Shown here piece by piece: positions 29,076-37,948 of a stretch of 64,000 nt of DNA; position 1 is the stretch's first letter, and each line of letters opens with the position of its first letter. Made by a program: the position numbers and the translations under genes. The notes under the pieces were generated by a model. The model was not told the DNA's origin, made no database searches, and worked only from the letters and a program-made list of their open reading frames with translations. The DNA comes from Salinivirgaceae bacterium. Its GTDB lineage: Bacteria > Bacteroidota > Bacteroidia > Bacteroidales > SZUA-534. Location of the stretch: contig JAFVGW010000023.1 of NCBI GenBank assembly GCA_017474765.1, positions 68,606-132,605 of the forward strand, in the 5' to 3' direction.

Positions 29076-29699
29076 ATGAGCAAAGAGCAAAATCTTGAAA
29101 ATGAGATACTGATGGCCGCCGAAGACCTTTTCCTGGATAAAGGTTTTGCGGGCACATCAACAACTGACATCGCGCGTCGGGTAGGGTGCAATCAGGCGCT
29201 TGTGCACTACTATTTCCGCACCAAAGAGAACCTTTTTCTGCAGGTTTTCAACGGCAAGGTGGAGACCATTCTGACAATCTTGCAGAAGCCGTTGCTTGAG
29301 CAAAATGCGGATTTTCCCGACAAACTTCGCAGCACCATCGGCGCCTATTTCGATTTTCTGACAGCCAACTCTCGCCTGCCGTTTTTCGTCATCAACGAGT
29401 TGCTATGCAACAAGGAACGGTTGCAGTCGGCCTACAAATATTTTATGCAGAACACGTTGCACAACAATGTTTTCGGATTGATTGACAGTGTGGTACAGGC
29501 CGAGGTGCGGAGGGGGACTATCCGTCAGGTCAGCACCGTCGATTTTGTGCTCGACATTGTGTCTCTCACAGTGTTCAACTTTGTTGTGCTACCCATCTAC
29601 AGCGATTTGTCGGGCTCAACCGAAGCCGAAAAAACAGAATTTATCAACAGCCGCAAAGAAGAGATTATCCAATTGGTAATCAATGGAATGAGAGTGTGA
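29076..29699 (+). CDS. TetR/AcrR family transcriptional regulator
   Basis: N-terminal HTH GFAGTSTTDIARRVGCNQALVHYYFRTKENLF. Length of 207 aa is typical. Confidence 0.9.
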   Translation: MSKEQNLENEILMAAEDLFLDKGFAGTSTTDIARRVGCNQALVHYYFRTKENLFLQVFNGKVETILTILQKPLLEQNADFPDKLRSTIGAYFDFLTANSRLPFFVINELLCNKERLQSAYKYFMQNTLHNNVFGLIDSVVQAEVRRGTIRQVSTVDFVLDIVSLTVFNFVVLPIYSDLSGSTEAEKTEFINSRKEEIIQLVINGMRV

Positions 29700-29858
29700 A
29701 TGACCGCCTTGGCTTCACAATTTGAATTGACAATTAAAGGCCGATGATGTAAAAAATCAGTCATTGTCAAAAAAAAACTGCGGTTTGGTGTTTGAAACTA
29801 GCCTTAATTATTAAATTTGAACGTTTGTATTTTAACGTTTGAACATAAACATATCGAT

Positions 29859-32144
29859 ATGAAGAAAAATTCTGTTAAAAAGAATATAACCAACACGGTT
29901 TTTCAGTTTTCGCTGATAGGTTTAGGCTTGGGTGTGGCGATTGCAGTTATTGCTTATGTGTTGGTATTCAGAGAGAACGGACAAATATTCACGTTGAGCA
30001 ATCTGTGGCAGTTCAATGTCGATAATCCTCATTTGCTTATTATAACATTGTTGCCTTTGGTGTTTTTCGGGGCAGGTTGGATAGTTGGAAAATACACCTA
30101 TCGAGTGGCTGAAAAACTATACGATTTGGAGACATACAAGGATAACAGCCAGAAAAACCTGTTCAATTTTGCCGAAGAGCTGTCGAAAGGAAATTTGAAC
30201 AGCGAATATGAACCGGAAAAGGGTAACGCTTTGGGTAACATTATGATAGAACTGCGTGACAATCTGCAACACAATAAAGAGGAAGAGTTGAAACGCAAAG
30301 AGGAGGACGAGCAGCGCAACTGGACCGCTGGCGGTTTGGCCAAGTTCGGTGAAATCCTTCGAAACAATAATAATGATATCAACAAGTTGGCGTTCGAGGT
30401 TATCAGCCAATTGAGCGAATATATTGATGCGGTTCAAGGCGGATTCTTCATTCTGAATGACGAAATAGAACAAGATTCTCATTTTGAGTTGATTGCACAT
30501 TTTGCTTACGGGCGCAAAAAGTATAGTCAGAAACGGGTTGAACTGTCAGAGGGGTTAGTGGGACGTGCCGCATACGAAAAAAGCACTATCTATCTCGACG
30601 AGGTTCCTGAGGAGTACATTGAAGTGACATCGGGCTTGGGCGAGGCTAATCCACGCGTGCTGCTGATTGTTCCGCTCAAAGTCAACGATGAAATTCACGG
30701 CGTGCTTGAGCTATCATCGTTCCATCCGTTTGCCGACTATGTAATCAAATTTGTGGAGAAGGTTGCAGAGAGTATCGCAACAACCATATCGACAGTGAAA
30801 ATCAATATGCGCACAACAAAACTGCTTGCTGATTCGCAGGAACAGGCCGACCGCCTGTCGCAGCAGGAAGAGGAGATGCGCCAGAACATGGAGGAGCTTC
30901 AGGCCACTCAGGAAGAAGCCACAAAGCAGGCCGAGGAGTTCATAAGTTTCACAAATTCAGTGAACCACACTATGCTCCGTGCAGAATTCGATCTGAACGG
31001 AATTTTGGTTTACGCCAATATGAAATTCCTTCAGAAACTTGGCTATTCATCTAATTCGGAAGTTGAAGGTCATCATATATCGATGTTTATCAACGAGAAT
31101 GACAAACTTCGTTTCAATGATGTTTGGGACACACTTTCAAAAGGCGGCAAGCATTTTGAGGGTGCGATGAGACTTGTAACCAAAAGCGGCAAAATCATTT
31201 GGACAATGGCAACTTACACCTGTGTGCGAAATAGCATGCAGAATGTTGTGAAAATCCTGTTCCTTGGCATCGACATTACCAAACAGCAAGAACAGAATCT
31301 TGACATCGAGAGCCAAATCAAAGCCGTTAATGAGTCTAGCGTTAAAGTTGAATTTGCTCCCAGCGGCCGCATGATAAGTTATAACCAGGTATTCGTCGAC
31401 CTGACAGGTTACAAAACTGAGGACTTGGCAGAGTACAGTGTATATAGTTTTGTTGGTGACAGCGAGCAGAGCGAATTTGAATCAACTTGGAACAATATTA
31501 TAACTGGACAATCATTCCGCGGCTATTCAAAACTGCTCACAGCTAGTGGCGAGACAAAATGGCTTGAGGTATTCTACTCTCCGGAGAGGAACATGTATGA
31601 TGAAATATCAAAAGTGGTAGCCATTGGTCATGATATTAGTGAACAGAAGAGAATTGAACAGATATCGCAGCAGCAGAATGAGCTGATACAGAAGCAGAAA
31701 GCTGAGTTGCAGGCTAACGAGAACGATTTGCAGGAAAAACTTGCCGATGCACGCCGCGAGGTTAAGGCTCAGTTCCAGGAGATTGAGAAAATCAAAATCC
31801 GCAACGAGAAGACTCTCGAAGGTGCACACGATGCTATTGTCACCATCAACCAGTCGGGCGATGTTGAGTTCTTCAACCGTGCGGCCGAAACGCTTTGGGG
31901 CTACTCGCGTACCGAAGTTTTGGGCAAGAACATCAAGATGCTGTTCCGCAACTACACGAAAGACGAAGATGAGTTTATGGTGAATCTGCTCCATCCCGAG
32001 AAACGAAAGGTGGTCGGAGTCCGCAAGGAAACGAACATTTTGGCGAAGGATGGTTCGGAGAAGTCGGTTATCATATTGCTTGCGGGCGCCAAGGTGCAGA
32101 ACGAGTACACCTACACGGCCTTTATCCAGAGTGACGAAGATTGA
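29859..32144 (+). CDS. Membrane-anchored GAF + triple PAS sensor protein without recognisable output domain
   Basis: ATG 29859 (MKKNSVKKNITN). Two TM segments. GAF-like core (LVGRAAYEKSTIYLDEVPEEYIEVTSGLGEANPRVLLIVPLKVNDEIHGVLELSSF). Coiled coil (QEQADRLSQQEEEMRQNMEELQATQEE). Three PAS-like modules (last: HDAIVTINQSGDVEFFNRAAETLWGYSRTEVLGKNIKMLF). No H-box, HATPase, GGDEF, EAL or HTH seen. Confidence 0.75.
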   Translation: MKKNSVKKNITNTVFQFSLIGLGLGVAIAVIAYVLVFRENGQIFTLSNLWQFNVDNPHLLIITLLPLVFFGAGWIVGKYTYRVAEKLYDLETYKDNSQKNLFNFAEELSKGNLNSEYEPEKGNALGNIMIELRDNLQHNKEEELKRKEEDEQRNWTAGGLAKFGEILRNNNNDINKLAFEVISQLSEYIDAVQGGFFILNDEIEQDSHFELIAHFAYGRKKYSQKRVELSEGLVGRAAYEKSTIYLDEVPEEYIEVTSGLGEANPRVLLIVPLKVNDEIHGVLELSSFHPFADYVIKFVEKVAESIATTISTVKINMRTTKLLADSQEQADRLSQQEEEMRQNMEELQATQEEATKQAEEFISFTNSVNHTMLRAEFDLNGILVYANMKFLQKLGYSSNSEVEGHHISMFINENDKLRFNDVWDTLSKGGKHFEGAMRLVTKSGKIIWTMATYTCVRNSMQNVVKILFLGIDITKQQEQNLDIESQIKAVNESSVKVEFAPSGRMISYNQVFVDLTGYKTEDLAEYSVYSFVGDSEQSEFESTWNNIITGQSFRGYSKLLTASGETKWLEVFYSPERNMYDEISKVVAIGHDISEQKRIEQISQQQNELIQKQKAELQANENDLQEKLADARREVKAQFQEIEKIKIRNEKTLEGAHDAIVTINQSGDVEFFNRAAETLWGYSRTEVLGKNIKMLFRNYTKDEDEFMVNLLHPEKRKVVGVRKETNILAKDGSEKSVIILLAGAKVQNEYTYTAFIQSDED

Positions 32145-32197
32145 GCAGAGCAACAATAACGGTTCGCCGACGGCGTTAGCGTTAGAAAAAAACTGTT

Positions 32198-33637
32198 ATG
32201 AGGTTTAACCACTTGTGCGGTCTGTTATTGTGCGGTGGCGTTTTGTTATCGTGTCACGATGACGCAAAATTCACCGATTCACCATCGGCGCGTCTTGAAT
32301 TTTCGACGGACACTGTAAAATTCGACACCGTTTTTACCACAATTGGCTCAGTAACAAAGCAATTCAGAGTTTACAATCGCAACAAAGAAGCCGTCCGAAC
32401 GTCGGTTTCGCTAGCCGACAAAGGTTACTACCGTTTGAATATTGACGGTGTGGCCACCAATAACTACACCAACCTTGAAATCCGCGGCAACGACAGCGCC
32501 TTCATTTTTGTTGAAGTGACGATTGACCCGCAAGACAACAATTCGCCCGTCGTGGTGCTCGATTCAATTCAGTTTAACACCAATGGTAACGTGCAGGATG
32601 TCAAATTGATGGCTTTTGGTCAGGATGTGCATTTCTACAACGATTCGCTTATTGGCGATACCCATTGGGTTGCCGACAAGCCATACCTTATATATAATTC
32701 GGTGATGGTGGACAGCCTCTGCACGCTCGACATTGACGCTGGCGTTCAGCTCTATTTTCACAACAATTCAAGTCTGATTGTGGCAGGAAGGCTTCACGTG
32801 AATGGCACAAAAGACGAACCAGTTGTTTTTCAGAGCGATAGGCTGGAGGAATACTACGCCGACAAGTCGGGACAGTGGGGAGCGACTTATAAAATCGGAG
32901 GTAATACCTATTATTTCGGCAATATTCATTTACTGGAGGGAAGTAGCGGAAACACAATTAATTACGCTATTATAAAAAATGGTACCAAAGGCATTCAAAT
33001 CGATAATCATGTTGACGATGAAACTACTTTGACGCTCTCGAACACGGTGATTTCCAATATGTCGATTGCGGGCATTTACGCACAGACGGCCAATCTCGAT
33101 GTTTATAACACGCTGATTTACAATTGTGATTATTATGCTGCCGCACTAATCTATGGTGGCAACTACAATTTCGTGCACACAACATTGGTCAACTATGCGG
33201 CGCGCCATTTGATGCCGTCGTTGGAGCTCAATAATCACATTTCAAGTAAAGACACTATCTCTGTTTACAAATTCAACGCGCATTTTGCTAATAGCATAAT
33301 CTATGGTTCGCTCAATTCTGAAGTGGTGATTGACAGGTTTTTAGCTGAAGATGCGGCGTTTGATTCGTTGTTTGTTTTCAAGTTCGAAAATTGTATGCTC
33401 AAAATCAATCCGCAATTTGATATCAGTGATACGAGTCTGTTTGTCAATATGATAACTGAACCAACCGATTTGCCGCGCTTTGTCAATCCCGCCGAGGGTG
33501 ATTTCCGTCTCGACACGTTGTCGGCGGCAAAAGACCGTGGCAATCCCGCCTATCTGATTGATTATCCGATAGATTTGGACGGTGTTGAGCGTGACAGCCT
33601 GCCCGATTTGGGCGCTTATGAAAGGATTGAGCAATGA
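32198..33637 (+). CDS. Predicted lipoprotein with right-handed parallel beta-helix repeats
   Basis: Lipobox LLSCHDD. Repetitive N/I/G-rich beta-helix-like turns (LSNTVISNMSIAGIYAQTANLDVYNTLIYNCDYYAAALIYGGNYNFVHTTLVNYA). C-terminal DLGAYE motif is common at the end of such domains. Confidence 0.5.
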   Translation: MRFNHLCGLLLCGGVLLSCHDDAKFTDSPSARLEFSTDTVKFDTVFTTIGSVTKQFRVYNRNKEAVRTSVSLADKGYYRLNIDGVATNNYTNLEIRGNDSAFIFVEVTIDPQDNNSPVVVLDSIQFNTNGNVQDVKLMAFGQDVHFYNDSLIGDTHWVADKPYLIYNSVMVDSLCTLDIDAGVQLYFHNNSSLIVAGRLHVNGTKDEPVVFQSDRLEEYYADKSGQWGATYKIGGNTYYFGNIHLLEGSSGNTINYAIIKNGTKGIQIDNHVDDETTLTLSNTVISNMSIAGIYAQTANLDVYNTLIYNCDYYAAALIYGGNYNFVHTTLVNYAARHLMPSLELNNHISSKDTISVYKFNAHFANSIIYGSLNSEVVIDRFLAEDAAFDSLFVFKFENCMLKINPQFDISDTSLFVNMITEPTDLPRFVNPAEGDFRLDTLSAAKDRGNPAYLIDYPIDLDGVERDSLPDLGAYERIEQ

Positions 33638-34698
33638 AACGTGCACTGACCATATTATTATTGTCGCTGATTGGGTTTGCGGCTTTTCCGCAAAGCGACG
33701 CTCTGCCCGACGATTTGCGTCAAGTGGTTGAAAAGGAGCGCTATCTGCGGGTGATGTTCTACAACTGCGAGAACTATTTCGATGTGGATGACGACCCCGA
33801 GAAAAACGACGACGAGTTCACGCCCGACGGCGAAAAACACTGGACCAAACAGCGTTTCTACACTAAAAGGGCGCAGATTGCCAAGGTGATAGCCGCCGTT
33901 GGCGGTTGGACGCCGCCCGACATTATCGGACTTTGTGAAGTTGAGTCGCGCTATGCGGTTGAAAGTCTGGTAAATAGTTCGAATCTGCGGCGTTTTGAGT
34001 ATAAATTTCTGCACAAAGAGTCGCCAGACAGCCGCGGAATTGACGTTGTGATGCTCTATCAACCCAAACGTTTCAAGCCATTCAGTGTGACGTATATTCC
34101 TGTGTATGTGAACAAAAACGGCCGCGGGACACGCGATATAATAATGGCGTCGGGCACCACAATCCACGGCGACACTCTGCACGTTTTTGTCAACCACTGG
34201 CCTTCGCGCTGGGGCGGACAGACCGAAACCGACGAACTGCGCCGCGAAGTGGCAAAGATTGTCCGCTCGAAAGTTGATTCGCTTCAGGCTGATAATCAGC
34301 GTGCTGCAATTCTTATAATGGGCGACTTGAATGACTATCCCGACAACAACAGCGTCTGCGTTGAGTTGCAGGCGCAGACCGATTTCTCAACCATTGAGCA
34401 GTCGCGGCTATACAATCTGGCATATTATATGCAGTTTGTAAAAGGTTGGGGCACACATAAATACGATGGCACTTGGGGCATTCTCGACCAAATGATTATC
34501 AGTGGCTCGCTGCTCGATGGTCAAGGCGCGCTCTACACCGACAAGGATGAAGCGCGCGTGTTCAATCCGCCGTTCCTGCTCGAAGCCGACGATACCAACG
34601 TTGGATTCAAGCCATATCGCACCTATGCGGGCTACAAGTATCTTGGCGGCTACAGCGACCACCTGCCTGTATTTCTGAACATTTATCGAAATAAATAG
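33634..34698 (+). CDS. Endonuclease/exonuclease/phosphatase (EEP) family protein, secreted
   Basis: ATGA overlap with the previous gene. Signal peptide present. Motifs NCENYF, GLCEVES, GDLND and SDHLPV are characteristic of the EEP fold. Confidence 0.8.
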   Translation: MKRALTILLLSLIGFAAFPQSDALPDDLRQVVEKERYLRVMFYNCENYFDVDDDPEKNDDEFTPDGEKHWTKQRFYTKRAQIAKVIAAVGGWTPPDIIGLCEVESRYAVESLVNSSNLRRFEYKFLHKESPDSRGIDVVMLYQPKRFKPFSVTYIPVYVNKNGRGTRDIIMASGTTIHGDTLHVFVNHWPSRWGGQTETDELRREVAKIVRSKVDSLQADNQRAAILIMGDLNDYPDNNSVCVELQAQTDFSTIEQSRLYNLAYYMQFVKGWGTHKYDGTWGILDQMIISGSLLDGQGALYTDKDEARVFNPPFLLEADDTNVGFKPYRTYAGYKYLGGYSDHLPVFLNIYRNK

Positions 34699-34701
34699 TC
34701 T

Positions 34702-35787
34702 ATGAATCTGAAAACGATAATCGTGCCATTGTTGGCGATTGCCGTACAGCCCTTGAAGGCTCAAACGGCCGATTCGGTTGTAACTCTGCTATTTGCTGGC
34801 GACATTATGGGCCACGACTCGCAGATTGCCGCCGCCTACAACGACTCGACCAAGACCTACGACTACACCGACTGCTTCCGCTACATTAAGCCGTATGTGG
34901 AGAAAGCCGATTTTGCCCTTGCGAATTTTGAAGTTACGCTTGCAGGGCCGCCTTTCAAGGGCTATCCGCAGTTCTCGTCGCCCGACGCGTTGGCTGTGGC
35001 TGTGAAAGATTGCGGTTTCGATGCCTTGGTCACGTCGAACAACCACACCTGCGACGGCGGTCGGAAAGGTGTGGTGCGCACGCTCGATGTGCTTGACTCT
35101 CTGCAAATTCCGCACACTGGCACGTTCCACGATTCGGCCGAATTCCGTCAGAAATATCCGTTAATTGTTGATGTTAAGGGAATTAAGTTGGCCATTCTGA
35201 ATTACACCTATGGCACCAACGAACTGCCAACGCCAAAGGGCACAGTTGTGAATCGTATCGATAAAAATAACATTATCAACGATATAGCGGCAGCGAAAAG
35301 GCTGAACCCCGATTTGATTGTGGCCTGTATGCACTGGGGCATTGAGTACGACACGGTGCCAAGCCGCAGCCAAATGCAAATGGCCGAAATGCTTAAAAAA
35401 CAAGGCGTTGACCTGATTATCGGCTCGCACCCGCACGTGCTGCAACCAATGGAAATGGACACCGCCGCCAATCAGTTGCTCGTCTATTCGTTGGGCAATT
35501 TTGTGAGCGCTCAGCGCACAGCCCCCCGCGACGGTGCGGCAATGGTAAATATCAGACTGACAAAGCGTTGCGGTCAAAAACCGAAAATCGAAGCCGATTA
35601 TCTGCTCACATACGTTCACTACCCGAAGGTGGGCGACAAGCGCCTGTTCTACATTGTCGCAGTGGCCGATGTAGAGAATGGTTTGCTAAAACCCATTCAG
35701 TCAGATAATTGGGGACGTTTGAGTCAGTTTGCCAAAGATGCGCGCGAAGTTATGAACAGGAACACGAATGTGCCCGAAGCGAAGTGA
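34702..35787 (+). CDS. CapA family (PGA_cap metallophosphatase-like) protein
   Basis: TLLFAGDIMGHD, SNNHTCDGG, MHWGIEY and IGSHPHVLQP are present, with a signal peptide. Confidence 0.8.
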   Translation: MNLKTIIVPLLAIAVQPLKAQTADSVVTLLFAGDIMGHDSQIAAAYNDSTKTYDYTDCFRYIKPYVEKADFALANFEVTLAGPPFKGYPQFSSPDALAVAVKDCGFDALVTSNNHTCDGGRKGVVRTLDVLDSLQIPHTGTFHDSAEFRQKYPLIVDVKGIKLAILNYTYGTNELPTPKGTVVNRIDKNNIINDIAAAKRLNPDLIVACMHWGIEYDTVPSRSQMQMAEMLKKQGVDLIIGSHPHVLQPMEMDTAANQLLVYSLGNFVSAQRTAPRDGAAMVNIRLTKRCGQKPKIEADYLLTYVHYPKVGDKRLFYIVAVADVENGLLKPIQSDNWGRLSQFAKDAREVMNRNTNVPEAK

Positions 35788-35799
35788 AAAACACAGATA

Positions 35800-36090
35800 A
35801 TGAGTATGTTCCGTGTGGGTTACAATTTCGACATTCCCTGTCTCTACAAGAAATATTTGGGCGTTGAATGTCCGTTTTGCGGAAGTCAGCGGGCGCTCAA
35901 ACTGCTGATTGATGGCAAGATAGGCGAGAGCATTGCAATGTTTCCCGCATTGATTCCGCTCATTCTGATGTTCGTTTTTCTAGCCTTGCATTTATTTTTC
36001 AAATTTCGTCACGGAAGTCGCATTTTGGTGTCACTTTTTGTTTTAAACGTCGTCATTATAGCAGTGAGTTACTTAATTAAAATATTTTGA
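35800..36090 (+). CDS. DUF2752-like small membrane protein
   Basis: CPFCGSQRA motif followed by two hydrophobic helices. 96 aa. Confidence 0.65.
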   Translation: MSMFRVGYNFDIPCLYKKYLGVECPFCGSQRALKLLIDGKIGESIAMFPALIPLILMFVFLALHLFFKFRHGSRILVSLFVLNVVIIAVSYLIKIF

Positions 36091-36093
36091 ATT

Positions 36094-36435
36094 ATGGAAA
36101 CAATTGATAATGTGAACGGTATCAGAGAGCAACTGCCCAATTCGAGTGGCACGCTTGTGATGGGCATTTTGAGTATTGTATGCATTTGTTGCGGTGTCGG
36201 ATTGTTAGTCGGGCTGGTGTTAGGCATTTTGGCGCTTGTCTATGCCAAAAAGGCCAAGGCGCTCTACGATGAAAATCCCGACAGGTACACCGAAACTTCG
36301 GTAAAGAACGCCAACGCAGGACGCATTTGCGGCATTATTGGCTTGAGTCTGGGCGGTGTGGCCGTGCTCTTTGCCATAGTTGTCTGGGTTATGGTTGTGT
36401 TGGGATTTATTGCTGCGGCAGGACTGCATTTTTAG
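36094..36435 (+). CDS. CCC-motif / DUF4190-like small membrane protein
   Basis: GILSIVCICCGVGLLVGLVLGILALVYAKKA, a loop, then a second TM pair. Starts 3 nt after the previous gene. Confidence 0.65.
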   Translation: METIDNVNGIREQLPNSSGTLVMGILSIVCICCGVGLLVGLVLGILALVYAKKAKALYDENPDRYTETSVKNANAGRICGIIGLSLGGVAVLFAIVVWVMVVLGFIAAAGLHF

Positions 36436-36511
36436 TTGACAGTTAGCACTTTAAGTCGATAATGTAATTCAAAAGAAGGGCAATCGTTAGCAGAAACGCT
36501 TTCGGTTGTCC

Positions 36512-37816
36512 TTACATAAATGCCGCCATATAGAGCGGAAGATAGGTTATTTGGTCAGTTTTTTCGACATTGAACTTGTTCAGAACCACGCTGCGACCAA
36601 TCTTTGCAAGCGGCGATGCAAGCGCTTTGGTCAGCGATGTGTGCCGCTTGTAATCTTTGCCCGATTTCACTTCAAGCACCGAAAGGCGGTTTCCTTCCTG
36701 TAAAAGAAAATCGAGTTCGTTTCGGCTTTTCAGGTCGTAGTAGTGAAGTTGGCGGCCGTGCTTGGTAAGTTCCGCAGCAACGAAATTCTCTGTCAGTGCG
36801 CCTTCGTTTATGTCGAGATTGCCTTGCAGCACCTGCCACTGCACATCGGTGCCCCACATATTGCAGAGCAGACCAGTGTCTAACATATACACTTTGAATA
36901 AGTTGCGGTTTTCGTACTGCTCAAATGGCAGTTCAAGCGCGTGGGTATTGAAACTGAAAATCGCCACACCCGCATCAGATAGCCACTGCGCTGCATCTTC
37001 GTATTTCTGCATACTCGCGGTCTTTTCCAAATCGGAAAGCACAAACCGCTTTTTCTCTTTTGCAAGTTGCGACGGAATGGCATCGAAAAACAACTTTGCC
37101 TTTGTCTTCTGACTTGCCGCATATTTCGCAATATCAAGCCGATAACTATCGATGATTATCTTCTGCTGATTGAGCGTTTCGGCAAAATCGGGGTTGGCAA
37201 GATAGGTGGCCGCCACCTTTGGCATTCCGCCCACAATCAGGAATGCGCGGTAGTGCTTCATCAGTTGCTCGTGCAGAAAATCATCGACAGGCGTTTCGCT
37301 GGTGTACGATTTGCGCACCGCATCAAGAACCTTTTCGCTCACGCCGTTGGCCCAAAGCCACTCTTCAAAATCGAGAGGGAACATTTTTATTTGCTGCTCA
37401 AAACCAACAGGATAACTGCTTACATCGGCATAGTTGATACCCAACAGCGAACCCGATTCAATGTAATCGAACCGTCCGTCTTCGACCAAAAATTTGATTG
37501 CCGTGCGTGCGTTCGGGCAACTCTGAATCTCATCAAAAAAAATCAGCGTCTGTTTCTCGACAAACGGCCCGTAGCCCATCACACTCAAGCGGTTGATAAT
37601 GGAATCGGCGTCGCGGTTACCATCGAAAGCCTGTTTGGCTTCGGGCGTCTGCTCAAAGTTGATTTCCACAAAATGTTTGTAGTGCTGGCGCCCGAACTGG
37701 CGGATTGTGGTTGTTTTTCCCACCTGCCTTGCACCGCATACAAGAAGCGCCACTTTTTGTGGTTTGTTTTTCCAATCTGTAAACTTGCTGATAATCTTTC
37801 GTTTAATTGTGTTCAT
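36512..37816 (-). CDS. AAA-family ATP-binding protein with DUF4143-type C-terminal domain
   Basis: Walker A GARQVGKTT and Walker B LIFFDEIQ. The C-terminal part (ALTENFVAAELTKHG...LHYYDLKSRNELDFLL...VLEVKSGK) is typical of the COG1373/DUF4143 family, which has a restriction-endonuclease-like fold. Confidence 0.8.
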   Translation of the reverse strand: MNTIKRKIISKFTDWKNKPQKVALLVCGARQVGKTTTIRQFGRQHYKHFVEINFEQTPEAKQAFDGNRDADSIINRLSVMGYGPFVEKQTLIFFDEIQSCPNARTAIKFLVEDGRFDYIESGSLLGINYADVSSYPVGFEQQIKMFPLDFEEWLWANGVSEKVLDAVRKSYTSETPVDDFLHEQLMKHYRAFLIVGGMPKVAATYLANPDFAETLNQQKIIIDSYRLDIAKYAASQKTKAKLFFDAIPSQLAKEKKRFVLSDLEKTASMQKYEDAAQWLSDAGVAIFSFNTHALELPFEQYENRNLFKVYMLDTGLLCNMWGTDVQWQVLQGNLDINEGALTENFVAAELTKHGRQLHYYDLKSRNELDFLLQEGNRLSVLEVKSGKDYKRHTSLTKALASPLAKIGRSVVLNKFNVEKTDQITYLPLYMAAFM

Positions 37817-37948
37817 AGTAACTTATTGCACGTTTTTCATTGCAAATTTAGTAACTTTTTGCAATATTTTTAATCGTAAAGTAGTAACTTTTTGCAAGGT
37901 TTTTGGCTCTGAAGTAGTAACTTTTTGCAAAAATGGCCATTGAAAACG
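37817..37948 (-). promoter_or_regulatory. Four direct repeats phased at exactly 33 bp, abutting the ATPase start codon
   Basis: agtaactt(a/t)ttgca(c/a) starts at 37817, 37850, 37883 and 37916. On the gene strand this reads TTGCAAAAAGTTACT, and the last copy ends at the ATG. Extra TTGCAA hexamers lie at 37840-37845 and 37950-37955. Confidence 0.7.
37843..37850 (-). promoter_or_regulatory. Candidate -7 box (TAAATTTG) for the AAA ATPase gene
   Basis: The minus strand reads taaatttg, matching TAnnTTTG. It lies 27 nt upstream of the ATG, between repeat units 1 and 2. Confidence 0.3.

Noticed and set aside
37817-37948. A mini CRISPR array (regular 33-nt period)
   Set aside because: The repeat core is only about 15 nt with 18-nt spacers and there are four units. 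There are no cas genes, and the array abuts a start codon. It fits an operator or iteron array better.
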